A stretch of DNA of 62,383 bases, the filler included, from Sarea resinae (Eukaryota), in the NCBI GenBank assembly GCA_026026165.1. It is 2 parts of 2 records of this genome, joined end to end, with 100 filler letters (N's around TTAATTAATTAA, not from the genome) between each part and the next. Parts side by side here need not be neighbours in the genome. Positions count along the whole stretch, not along the records: positions 1 to 31,134 come from JAPEUD010000125.1; positions 31,235 to 62,383 come from JAPEUD010000126.1. One strand, written 5' to 3'. Position numbers and translations under genes: made by a program. A model generated the notes under the pieces. That model had not been told where the DNA came from. It worked only from the letters and a program-made list of their open reading frames with translations, and searched no databases. Below are positions 24,542-35,843 of this stretch, one piece after another; the stretch's first letter is position 1, and each line of letters starts with the position of its first letter.

Positions 24542-24941
24542 CTTTGTTATACTCTTATTTTTTATCAAACGTGTAAAAGCACATTAACAAATCTCTTTCA
24601 CACAGATATTTCTTCTCTAATGACTAATACTGATTCTAATGTGTGTAGGTTATAAGCTTTGTACGATTTGCTACTGTATTAACATACGTCGCGAGCAAAG
24701 CTTATATAAGTTTTGTTTAGCTTATACTAGCAATACTTAGACCTCATTAGACCTGAAGTTATATGTGCTAGCAGAGTATTTCTAAGACTCTTGCACTGTT
24801 TACTTGCACTTCTCTTTTGGACGTGTACTTGCTCAGTAGTAAAAGCAATAATCACTAGAGAAATTTATATGCAATAATATTCCGAATCTTGATATTGAAG
24901 TGCAATAAACATAGCGTACTTGTCGTCCTAATCCAATACTA

Positions 24942-25724
24942 CTACTTTAGATTCCTTTCGTCCTCTGCCGCCTTTATCGCCACCTGCACCATCTCCTCCT
25001 GCTTTGTAATAAAAATACTATGACTCGTCTCATAGTCTTCGGTCCGTAGTACCACACCCTCTTTCCTCACTTTCTCGGTCATGATATCCTGATACACCCT
25101 CGGCACCGCGTAATCCTGCTGTGTGAAAACATAGGTGGTCGGCACAATTCTCCACGCTGCCCCCTTGGTCTCCGTTGTAAAAGCCGACATGGGCGAGCGC
25201 ACAAGGTGCGGCAACGCTTGACCCACAACCTCTTTATCCACGCCGCCAAAGAACATCTGCACTGGGTCCTGCGGGAAAGTGGATCCGTCGGCAGCGTTAT
25301 CCACGAACTGACTCCAGAGATGGGCTATGCCGGCTTCTTCGACGATGCCAAAGACAGTGCCCCCAGGCGGCAGGATGTAGGCGCACAAGTACAGCAGGTG
25401 GATTACTCCTCCTGGCTGGCCCGCCGCTTTGCGCTCAGGATATGTCAGACCCTCGACAGCGTCGGTGCCCACCGCTCCTCCGTAGGAATGCATGACCATC
25501 AGCACGTACTCGCCCGCCTCGACGAGGGCTCTGACCAACTCGTGTGCGTGCGCCACGTCTTCCGGTAGAGAGGCATTGGGAGGAGATGCGCCGTTGCAGC
25601 TCGGGAGGCGCGGGCAGCAAACTTTGAACCCTTTCGCTTGCAACGCATCGATGTACCCTTGGTAATTGGCTGGGGTATGCCAGGCGCCGTGTACCAGGAC
25701 TATTGTCGGTAAAGAGGTAGCCAT
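24942..25724 (-). CDS. Alpha/beta hydrolase (Abhydrolase_6 type)
   Basis: LVHGAWH oxyanion motif, HSYGG nucleophile elbow, catalytic D (QDYAV) and H (TSHS). Confidence 0.92.
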   Translation of the reverse strand: MATSLPTIVLVHGAWHTPANYQGYIDALQAKGFKVCCPRLPSCNGASPPNASLPEDVAHAHELVRALVEAGEYVLMVMHSYGGAVGTDAVEGLTYPERKAAGQPGGVIHLLYLCAYILPPGGTVFGIVEEAGIAHLWSQFVDNAADGSTFPQDPVQMFFGGVDKEVVGQALPHLVRSPMSAFTTETKGAAWRIVPTTYVFTQQDYAVPRVYQDIMTEKVRKEGVVLRTEDYETSHSIFITKQEEMVQVAIKAAEDERNLK

Positions 25725-26089
25725 AGCTCTCGAGTGCTAAGAGTCGACTGTAACGTGTACGGTATAAAGTGGTTGACTCTCTAGCTGAGGGCCCGAAGGC
25801 GTATAAGTAGTGCTCTCTAACTATAGTAATGTATACCTTAGACCTACCTCGTCTCCACAGAACGTTATAAATCGCCTTGTCCCTGCAGGACTACCTTATC
25901 TCCGTGGCTGGCAAGGAGGTCTGCCGTAAGTATTTTCGAGTACACCCTCCTATCGATCGCAGGAGCAGTACTAGACAGTACCTGTACGAGTCAGCCTCGT
26001 CAGCCAGGGAGATAACAGCCCTGCGCTAAGGCAGCTGTTCGACCAAAGCACGCTTCTGACCTCCAAATATTCCACCAACCAATCTCGCC

Positions 26090-26977
26090 ATGCCAGATCC
26101 ATATGTTGCAGCCCAGGACACCACAGATAGCCAACACGAAGGCACTAGTCATCTAACAGTCCACGACACTGCCTTCCGTCGCCTTCTAACGCTTCTCGCC
26201 CTCAAAACGACCGCTCGCCTCTACTGTCGCGACGGGCCTTGTGTTCCCATCTCCAAGCACCTAATCGTGAAGACGAGCCCCTTTGTTCATCTGACCGAAG
26301 CCGCGACGCTGCAATTCGTCGCTGCAAACACGTCCATCCCCGTCCCAGGCGTCCATTGCGCCTTCGTGCACAGGAATAAGGCGTATCTTGTCATGGAGCG
26401 CGTCCAGGGGGTCTCGCTCGCCAGGGCGTGGCCCATTCTTTCTGCCACCCAGCTCCTCGCCATCTTCAAACAGCTTCGCGCCATGCTCGCTGAGCTACGG
26501 GCTCTTCCCCCTCCGCCGCGCGTAGGTGTCCAGAGCTGTACCGGCGGCTCGCTGCGCGATGCGCGCATCCCTCGCTCGCGCCCGCGCTTCGGGCCATTTG
26601 AGAACATCCAGGCCTTTCATCTGTGGCTGCGGGAGGGCTTGCGGCCAGAGGAGCACCCGGAGCGCGACCACGATCAGGACCAGGACTGGCAGGACATTAA
26701 AACCATGGCGGCACGGCAGGATGGGCTGTGGCCGGCACCCGTATTCACACACGGTGACCTGAACCCTTTCAACGTGCTCGTGCGCGACGGGCTAGTCGTC
26801 GGCATCATCGACTGGGAGTTTGCCGGCTGGTATCCGGCTTACTGGGAGTACACGGCGGCGTGGCATGGCAACCGCACACGCCAGGCATGGCAGGGCGTGC
26901 TGACTGAGTTCTTAGATGCGTATCCGGAAGAGCTGAAGATGGAGATCACGCGGCAGAAGTGGTGGGGGGATCTTTAA
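26090..26977 (+). CDS. APH/choline kinase-like phosphotransferase
   Basis: EAATLQFVAANTSIPVP, YLVMERVQG, FTHGDLNPFNVLV, IIDWEFAGWYP.YWEY. Confidence 0.92.
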   Translation: MPDPYVAAQDTTDSQHEGTSHLTVHDTAFRRLLTLLALKTTARLYCRDGPCVPISKHLIVKTSPFVHLTEAATLQFVAANTSIPVPGVHCAFVHRNKAYLVMERVQGVSLARAWPILSATQLLAIFKQLRAMLAELRALPPPPRVGVQSCTGGSLRDARIPRSRPRFGPFENIQAFHLWLREGLRPEEHPERDHDQDQDWQDIKTMAARQDGLWPAPVFTHGDLNPFNVLVRDGLVVGIIDWEFAGWYPAYWEYTAAWHGNRTRQAWQGVLTEFLDAYPEELKMEITRQKWWGDL

Positions 26978-27043
26978 GCGGCGGACATCATTACACTGTC
27001 GAGAAAGCTGCTCTATAACTACAGCCCACAACGTCTCTTGATT

Positions 27044-27632
27044 TCAAGGTACTATCTCCTTATCCTCAAGCATGTCCCAGGTCGGCTTAGGCAAAAGCAT
27101 ATCGTTCAGCCTGCTATACCTTCCCGCAGCCGTCTTTTGCGCTATATAACGACGTGCCAGCGCCTCGATCTTGCTCCAGTCCAACTGCGCTGTGCCGACC
27201 GCTTTGCCGTCGGCCGCGAGCCGGTGCAAGACGTCCGCAACCCACGAGCGGCAGCGCCAGTTGGGATCGTTCTGGACGACGGATGTGCTGCGGAGGATCT
27301 CTATAAGCCGGGCCTCATCCTCGACCTTGGCGACTACAATGCGCGCCAGCAGGCTGTTGGTGCTTTGCACGTTGGCCAGCGGCATCTCCTCGTAGCCCCA
27401 GCCTACCATTGGCCGGTTCTTTACGTGGTATCGCGTGCCAGGGACTTCGGCCTTCTTCTCGATTTTGGGGCCCACGAGGAAGCCCCAGTGGTATCTGGGA
27501 AGCGTTCAGAGTCTTAATAGAGAGGTGGGGGGAAGGGTGTAGAGGGGGCAGCTGGACGGACCTTCGCTCCTCGTTGTTGATGACGCCGCTAGGGTATAGC
27601 GCTATATAGAGACGTTTCTTGTTGGAAACCAT
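27044..27632 (-). CDS. Small conserved fungal protein, DUF6914-like (His...Cys, possibly papain/PPPDE-like fold)
   Basis: Exon 1 MVSNKKRLYIALY, intron 27561-27495, then YHWGFLVGPK..RYHVKN..LLARIVVAKV..WRCRSWV..PTWDML. Confidence 0.75.
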
Positions 27633-28199
27633 ATAGAGCAATTTGAGGAAACATGTATAGATAGGATGTAGCAACGATTGACCGAGGAAGACTTCAAGCG
27701 ATTTAAAGTACCAGAATAGATCGCCCTACGAAGAGTATGACTTTTTGATTCGAAAGAGAACACAATGATTTGGATCTGGCTCGCTGTATATATATGTTCT
27801 CATCTGCTACCCAGGATACAAAGGCAGCGTAGGCCACCGCGATGTTCGCTGAAGCCCTGCAATAGCCGCCAGGCTTCTCTCGAGCGCGTACGCTCTGGAG
27901 ACCAATAGTATTTATTGCTACAACACTTTGCGATCTCCTTATACTCCCCCAAGGCGCTAAACTATTAGACAGGATATATTCCAATGCCGGTCTCAGTTTC
28001 GAAATGAGCCAGTCTAGCAGACGTTGAAGGTGCGCTACTTGATGTCAAATATAGCACACTGCGAATTTGCAGACCAAATAGACCGACTGTCAGGCCGGGT
28101 CGGGGTTGAGATTTCTGACCCGGACCCGGCTTCCCTGTCACGCCTTCCCCAAAGACTTCCTAGACAGCGGAGAGGCTGCCCCAACATGCAATCTATAGA

Positions 28200-30700
28200 T
28201 GGCGGCGCCCCTAGGCCTCTGAGTTGTGTCCGAGGATGGTCTTTTCATACTCGGACTTTTGTAATCTTTGTTCGGCGCGGCAGCTATCCCTTCGAGGCAT
28301 TGTGCCAACAAAGAATGACCTCTTGGGCTTTCGTGATTGGCCAAGGCTCGTAGCGTACGTAGATCGTCCGCGCGAGCTAGGCATCTCGCAGGATGTATGG
28401 CGATTTGCAAATATGTCGCAAAGGAGAGGACAAGAGAATGCTTTTCGGTGCTTTTCGTTTGATAGCTTGCACTTGGATGCGCGGACCATGAACATCTAAT
28501 AGCCTTGTTCAGTCTGGCCAAACGTATCGTAACAAGGCGTCGGATGATTAGCTCCTGACCTGAAGCCATATAGCAACCCTTGCCAATGTACGGTCAAGGG
28601 CTCCGCCTTGTTCCAGACTTTGAGGACTGTGAAACGACGAGAGCGGCGATGGCGACAACTGATCCGCTATATACAGCAATTACTATCGGAAAGAATACCC
28701 GCCATCTGTTTGTTCCATGCGCGAGATTTACCACGAGATCTGCCGCTCCTCTATAATGAACCGGTTCATCCTTTTCGTGACTGAGAATTGCAAAGAAACA
28801 GGATGGAAATTGATTAGCTAGGGTAATGATATGAGCCGAGCTCGCAGGCTGTAGAAGGTGATACGAATGCTAACATGTGACGCTCTTGACTACTCAGACC
28901 AGTAAACAGGATCTGTCATAGTTTTGAGCTACTTATTCTGGTCGGCTAGAGGGCTTCGAATAAAGTATATGGATTTCCTGAGCACGAGTCGCTCACGAGT
29001 CTACGCACCATGCGTACCTAAGGCGCCAGGTGGTGATACAGCGAGCCTGTGGGAACTTTGAGACTTGTTTGGGCATTCGTCTGCAGTTAGCATCGCGCTC
29101 TCCAAACCTTTCCCAGTCCCGTCGAAATTCATTCCCGAGAAACCCAACGCAAATGCTACAAGGGACTACCTGTTATATACAGTCTCTGTAGGCCTGTCGC
29201 GTAGGTTGCGAAACAGGCACAGCCTTGGGAAAATGGAAATGTAGGAAGGGTGAAAGAGTGGAAGAATCTGAAGCACTTAGAATATCCGAGGTCAGGGCTT
29301 CGGAACTAGCGCGCGCCGTGTTTTCAAATTGTCTGTGTAGTCGACGTATTCCTGAAGATCGGCTAGATGATGCACCAGCTCTTGTGCCTTGGTTCAGGTT
29401 AGGAACTGTGATAGAGCAAGGCAGGGGAGGATAATTAGCAAGACCTGCACCAACTTTTACGCCCAAGGGTTTGCTAGCCAGTGGCAAGTCTAAACGCCTT
29501 ATGAATGATCTACTATAGGTAGAAGGAATGCCTGCCCAGAGGAATTGAATGGTATCCAGCAATGTAGGCACTCTGTACCACGCTAGCCATCACCTAGCTG
29601 GCACCCCCCCGTTCCTGAACCTTGTCCAACTCCACCTGAGAAACTCAAACATTAGAACCCCGAACAAACTCGACTGTTAATACCGTGCGTCCACGAGGAG
29701 CTCCAAGAGGGAAACTTTGGTATAGTTGGAGCCGATTGAAACACATCAGGTGCATAGTACACCAGACCAGTATCACCCGCACCCGAACCTTCCAGAGGGC
29801 TCCTAATTCCGAATGCCACATCTCTTCGTGGTCGGCCGCACATCTTTGCGGTGGTTGTCGACTGGCAAAGGGAAGATTTGTTTTGGTTTCCCAGCAGAGC
29901 TAGTGCAATCCAGATCTCGATATCACAAGGACTTGGTAAAGGACGTTCGCTATGTGTAAAGGCAAAGGTCTACTCTAGATGCCGAGCTTGTGGATCTAGG
30001 CTCGTGCGTGTATCAATCTGGACTGATGTTCTGACAGGAATCCTGGAAATGACTTTGGACGACTATGACGCTTGACACGGTGTTGGACTCTGAGCCGCAC
30101 CTTTTCGATTTCGGCACCTTCTCGATTTCGGCACCTTCTCGATTTCGATCGTTCTGCTTCCATGTCTGGAACGGAACGCCTCCAGAGATTGTGGACATTC
30201 TCGAGGAAGAGATGACTTGGAACAGAAAGCGGGCCTTGCTCTTGCAGAAGATGCGTATCCATGGACGCGCTCGATAGTATGCTCGCAATCTTTGCTTGTT
30301 CGATTCCAAAGGCCATCAAAACAAGACGACGATCTTGGCCGATGACATATAATATATGGAATTCATGAAGCCAGAGGTCTTGGATCGTTTGGAAATCAGA
30401 ACATCCCCAGGCGGATGCGAGAACCAAGAGAAACCAGCATCACCGCAAGGCGGATGCCCTAGCAGCGGGCTGACTTTGTCGCAAGGCAGAAAGGCCTTTT
30501 GAAGAAAAGCTATCCATCCCAGCTTGTCCCGAGTTGACCAAAGCCCGAAAGGTGAGATCGTCTTCTGACAGGACCTTTGCTTTTGCACGTTTGCATGTTG
30601 GTCGAACCCTGACCCGGTCATGGAACAATACAATCCGTCCAATCCATATCCTAGGCTCAAGCAACTGAAGTAATGCACTCGTGAGATGGTGCCCACCTCT
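28200..30700 (+). pseudogene. Degenerate subtelomeric coding remnants
   Basis: Fragmented frames with many stops. FSFDSLHLDARTMNI resembles the F-box-like F.FL.LP.E.R..IY motif. Confidence 0.25.
30097..30147 (+). repeat. 17-bp tandem repeat x3 (GCACCTTYTCGATTTCG)
   Basis: Read directly from the sequence. Confidence 0.9.
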
Positions 30701-31007
30701 AACTTCAAGGACAGCGTTTGTGGAGTTCTATCGGATGTCCCTGGTAAGATCGGAGATGCAAAGCGACACTGCTCTTCAAGGGAATCAACAAGCGTCACGA
30801 TGCTGGACGTTGACGCCGTGTTCCTGACGGTGTGTTCCAACTCGGCAGTATAGGTTCCGATGTTCCAAAGAAAAACCAAGGCACTTGTCCCTAACCGCAT
30901 TGCAGGTCACTATCCTACTTGGATTGCGCGGTACGTACCTGGTACGTCCTCTTACCGCCGCCGTCTGATTGGCCGGCCCGGCCGGCAGAAAGTAGGATTG
31001 CGCAAAG

Positions 31008-31134
31008 TAGGGTTAGGGTTAGGGTTAGGGTTAGGGTTAGGGTTAGGGTTAGGGTTAGGGTTAGGGTTAGGGTTAGGGTTAGGGTTAGGGTTAGGGTTAG
31101 GGTTAGGGTTAGGGTTAGGGTTAGGGTTAGGGTT
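31008..31134 (+). repeat. Telomere (TTAGGG)~21, right chromosome end
   Basis: Perfect array running to the contig end, G-rich strand 5'->3' toward the end. Confidence 0.97.
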
Positions 31135-31234
31135 NNNNNNNNNNNNNNNNNNNNNNNNNNNNNNNNNNNNNNNNNNNNTTAATTAATTAANNNNNNNNNN
31201 NNNNNNNNNNNNNNNNNNNNNNNNNNNNNNNNNN
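31135..31234. other. Artificial contig-joining spacer
   Basis: 44 N + TTAATTAATTAA (stop codons in all six frames) + 44 N = 100 nt. Confidence 0.97.
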
Positions 31235-31418
31235 CTCCCCCCCCCCCCCCCCCTTTCCCCTTTCTACTGTCCTCTCTCACCAAGAAAAGATGAGAGTACT
31301 CTACACTGTACACTGTATCCTGTACCCTCTGTCAAGGCATTATCCTCTTCTCCACCCTATCCACCTGTAAAATCTTCCATGTTCTCGTGTGTATCCAGGG
31401 GGTCGGACAGTCACCCCA

Positions 31419-31470
31419 CGTCAAGTCAAGTCAAGTCAAGTCACTCCAAGTCAAATCAAGTCAAGTCAAG
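31419..31470. repeat. (CAAGT)n pentanucleotide repeat
   Basis: Read directly from the sequence. Confidence 0.85.
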
Positions 31471-32328
31471 CCACAGTCATCTTTCTACAATGTTCTCTCA
31501 TCAACCCCTTTTATAGGAGGTCGGACTAGCTAGCTTCTGTAGTGCGACAAAGTTATTTCGTTCTAAAAGGATATCACTGATATATATCAACTACTGCGTA
31601 TATCATCTCATCTCATATCATATCATAGGGAACCTATCCCATGTGAGTGACGACTTCGCGAAAAGAACAAGGCCAAGGGATTAAATTAGTCAAGTGTTTT
31701 GGAATTTCGGGATTATCCCCGAGCTCAATTTTCCGTGTGGGGAATCAAGCCCTCGAGAAGATGGGCGACGTAATCGCATTCCTACAATGCCACTTCGACC
31801 CAATCCAGTCCAGGCCAGCTACATGGAAGAGAAGGAAACACAAAAAAAAGCAAAGGGACGAAACACCAACAGAACATCCCGCGCCAGCGAGCCTTCCGCG
31901 TTCAATACGCAGAACAGAGAACAACCCCTCGATCCAACTCGAGACCGGGAATCGATGAGAAGGAAAAAAAAAAAAAGGCGACCGTCATGCGCTCTGCATT
32001 CATTGGAAAGGAAAGAGATAGTGAGCGCTCTGATGGAAGCATGCGCCCGACAACGACGACCAAGACGGTTACAGATGATCGAAGAGACAGATAGACCGAC
32101 CCCAAAGCGAACGAAAAAGAGCGAGCGTCACACCATAGTCAAAGAAAAGTCAGGATGTCCGTCCCAGTGGCCAGGTGGGCGAGTTGGTGTACGACCACCC
32201 ACATGGAGTCCTTCCATGCCACCCCAGAAAGATAGAAAAGAAAGATGCCCAAAGCTAGAGGGATGCAAGAGAATCCTCGAGGCTGTGCGTCTGATACTTT
32301 GACTCCACCTTGGTGAACATTCTCGAAT

Positions 32329-35300
32329 TCACGAGTCTCGGATCCTGGCTTGTCGTTTGGCGGTCCCAATGTGTGTATTATGGACCTGATAAAGAAGACA
32401 TCAAGTATTAGCTCGTTCTATCCTGCTGGCACTCGACTCATAGATTGAACCCATCATACGGGAGAGAAAGAAAGTGGAGACAATAGAACAGAGGAAAACG
32501 AAGTTCGACGTACCTTGGTTGCAAACTTCAGACTCGTGAGCGTTTCGCTGAGATGGGCTTGGAGCGGGCTGATCATGACGAACATGAGTGTCTTTGAATT
32601 GCCGCCGAGGGAGAATTGCAGGAGGTAAGTGAGCTATTTTAGGGAGACAAGATGTGTTAGCGATTAGTACGATTACAAAACAGGCAATATAGGGGCATCC
32701 TAGAGACAATCCAAGAAATGCCCGTAGCCAGAAAGACGAAGCCAAAGACTCACCTTGCTGTTCCGATATGGCACATGTCCCCCCTCCTTGCCCTGTCCCA
32801 GCGCACCAATTACATCCCCAAGGCAACTCAGACTACGATTGATGTTCTGCGTCTCACGAAGCCTCTCTCCGGTACTTCCAGAATGACTGAGTCGCTCACT
32901 CCCCGCCAGATCAACCAGATTGAGCGTTCCCTCTGACTTCTCGCCCGTGACGAGATTCTCGCCTATCAACTTGAGGATAAACACAGAATGCGAGCGCGAC
33001 GATCGCTCATTCGCCTTCGTAGCAGCGACGGAGCGATTTGCGGTCGCGCGGCGAAGGATAGAGTCGACTTTGGCCGGAGAATCAAGGAAGACGGTATTGA
33101 TATCTGTGATGGTGGTTTTGTGATTCTGGTGATCATGTCTAATTTCGTGTTTCTTCTTGTCGAATTCTTCAGCTTTGCCGAGCAGATCGTTGAGGTTTTC
33201 GTTGTAGACTTCGACAAAAGAACCTTCCATTGTGTATTTCCAACCCTTGTCTTCAAGAGATTGCGCCGTATCATAGATCTGTCGCACAGCGCGTGGGATC
33301 ATGCCGTCGTCGGCTGACATGGTAAAAGTCTTCCCGGACCCTGTCTGTCCGTAGCAGAAGATGCATACGTTGTAGCCATCCAGAGCACTCTGGACAAGCT
33401 GGCTGATCTCTTCGAAGACGTCTGCATTCTGACTGTTGGGACCGAAAATCCTATCAAAAGCAAATGCGTTTGTTTTCGTGGTAATATTTCCTAGGCTGCT
33501 CTTCTCTTCTGGGCCAAGGACTTCCACCTCTCGTGAATCTCGGTCTTGATCGGGAAATGCGATTCGCGCTGCTTGGTCAGCCGGCTCTGCATTTAGAATT
33601 GGCCGAACTCGACAGAAAACGCGAATATTGCCCTTCAGCTCCTGAACTTGATTGTGCAGCTTCCGGCGCAGAGTTTCCTCCTGTCGAAGTTTCTCGTTGG
33701 CCTCCCGGGCTGATGCAAGCGCATCTTGGAGCTGCTGTTCGAGATCAGCAAAACTCTGCGATTGAGCCTTGCTGTCCGATTCGAGAAAGTCGATCCGGGC
33801 ACGTAGAGCCCGTACAGACGACTCCAGGCTAAGAATATTCGTGGACGATTCGGCAAGATTATCCTGAAGACCGTTGTTCATGGACTTCGCCCTCTCTAAA
33901 TCTCCCAAAGCTTGCTGGAGCTCTGACTTGACGTTCCGAATCTCGCGTTCTTTTGTATCGATCTCTTCTGCAGCCTTTTGCTTCTCTAACAAAGTCTTCG
34001 CATCGACATCCGCCAGCTCCCTTTCTCTTCGACTGCGCTCATCCCGGAGTTCATTCGTCAGTCGTCGTTCCAAGTCATCGAGCTGATCTCTATGCATCTT
34101 AATTGCCTTATCCAACTCTTCTTGTGCCTCCCGTTTCACGTTGTCCATCTCGTTTCGATGCTGTCGATTGCACTCATCAATTTCAGCCTTGCGGTCCCTT
34201 CGCTCATCGTCAAGTATCGAGGTCGTCGAAGATAGCCTTGATCTCGTCGTTTCGAGGTCGGTCTGTAAAGCGGTATTTGACGCCGAAAGCTGCGTTCGGA
34301 TCGTCTCCAATTCACTTACTGCAAATGTAGATGTATAGTTAGCGTCGGAGAATACAGAATATGTACGAGAGGGATTGCCAAACTTCTGACATACTCCTTG
34401 TCCGATACAAACCCACCGTCTCCTCCAAGACATCTCTCTCGTTCGCAGTCCCGCTCATTTTCTCTTTGAGCTCGGTGTAAAGGTATTCTATGTCTTCGAG
34501 GCGTCCCTTGGTATCCCAGGCTGCTTGCAGGTTAGAATCAGGAGTCATAAAAGGCATCTTCATGGGTGATTTAGAGCGTTTAAGTTTAAGAGATTTTGAA
34601 GGGGTCTGGGGCAAATGAATAGAAGAAGAATCAGTTGGGGGTGGGATGGGTTTGAGCTTGGGAATCTTTGAAGGAGTCTTGACGGTCTCGTTCCTGTCTA
34701 TGGCGGGACGTCTTTTGTCAAGTGTCAGGCCAGCCATAGCACTAGGAATTGAGAAGTCTCTGTGGGAGCCGATTGATGGTGGAGTTTGACATGTGCGAGC
34801 CGCACAGGAGCTCGACCAATTTGAAATATAATTCAAACGGTTGTCATAGCTTCCCATGGGTCTGTTTCTTTGCAGTGCTGGAGAGTTTTGAAATGTCGAA
34901 ATTGAAAGAGCGGGCATACCCTTCCTCTTCCCGACCTTCGGCCGTTCACTTCCTGCCGTAATGTCATCCAACGAACTTGCTGGTCTTGAGGCCGGAGCTG
35001 GAGCTGCAGCTTGAACCGAAGATCGGCCATAGCCCATTGAGGTTTGCGGTCGAGAGGCTTCTGGTATAGACGGAGGCCGGCTCCCGGGCCCAATAGAGGT
35101 CGCGAAAGAGCTTCCAGAGACGTTGCGCGAAGAGGCGGATGGCGTTCGAGATGAGACAGACGATGACAAGGAAGCATTCCGTACACCTGCTAGGGTAGTT
35201 GCTTTCACCGCCGAATTGATAGGTCGCGCACTTGAAGGAGCCGCCAAGCCAGCCTTTGAAATCTCTCCAGCGCGTTCAGCAAGAGTCTTTCGCTTCGGCG

Positions 35301-35625
35301 CGGGTTCTGGCACTGTTTTCGTCAATGTACAATCCTCATGACGCCTGGATAAGGAACTATACAGGCTGATGGTCTATGTTTGAGCGCCAGAGACTCCGAG
35401 GGCGGCATGGCCGGGGCTCGTGCATTGTTCTCCGAGTCGGATATCTCGAAAAGGGCCTTGGAAGCCGGGATCTTGCTTGGTTGCCGCAATTGCGATGTGT
35501 GTAAGATCTGCAGTAGTCATATCATTAGTCAGATGATGCTCATTCACGTCTGATTTCGCCATGGGCAGCGACGGATGGAAGCCATCTGCAGAGCAGACTC
35601 ATACCGAATTCTCGTTGGCGTCCAT
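32329..35625 (-). CDS. klpA: Kinesin-14, C-terminal minus-end-directed motor (Kar3/KlpA)
   Basis: MDANENS start. Introns 35604-35508, 35362-35313, (34919-34521), 34394-34319, 32753-~32634 and a last one. Coiled coil, then [47 protein letters not shown], ending VHNTHIG. Confidence 0.95.
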
Positions 35626-35810
35626 TGCTCTGAAAACGGGCATAAAGCCCGTCCAGAAGATGAGAAAGAGAACGCAAGCCAACGTCGGAGCGGTGGCAGC
35701 CCTCTAGTACTCAATTGAGGACATTGGCTGGAGGAGGATGGAGTAGGGTAGAGGGTAGAGGAGGAGAGGGAGGAGGAAAGAAGAAAGATGGTCCTTTGCT
35801 GGGTTGAGAA

Positions 35811-35843
35811 GATGAAGATGAAGATGAAGATGAAGATGAAGAT
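35811..35843. repeat. (GATGAA)n microsatellite in the kinesin 5' region
   Basis: Read directly from the sequence. Confidence 0.9.

Noticed and set aside
30097..30147. 17-bp repeats as CRISPR or transposon termini
   Set aside because: Simple tandem triplication with no spacers or inverted partner.
17000..31000. Starship or other giant transposon carrying the accessory genes
   Set aside because: No DUF3435 tyrosine recombinase, transposase, reverse transcriptase or terminal repeats are recognisable.
30860..31186. ORFs encoding (GL)n / (VR)n
   Set aside because: Translation of the telomere array and Ns.
31008..31260. Internal telomere or chromosome fusion site
   Set aside because: It is followed by the artificial linker, so it is a contig end.
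31694..32302. 202-aa Lys/Arg-rich ORF
   Set aside because: Antisense to the kinesin 3' UTR. Its composition is driven by A-rich runs and it has a non-ATG start.
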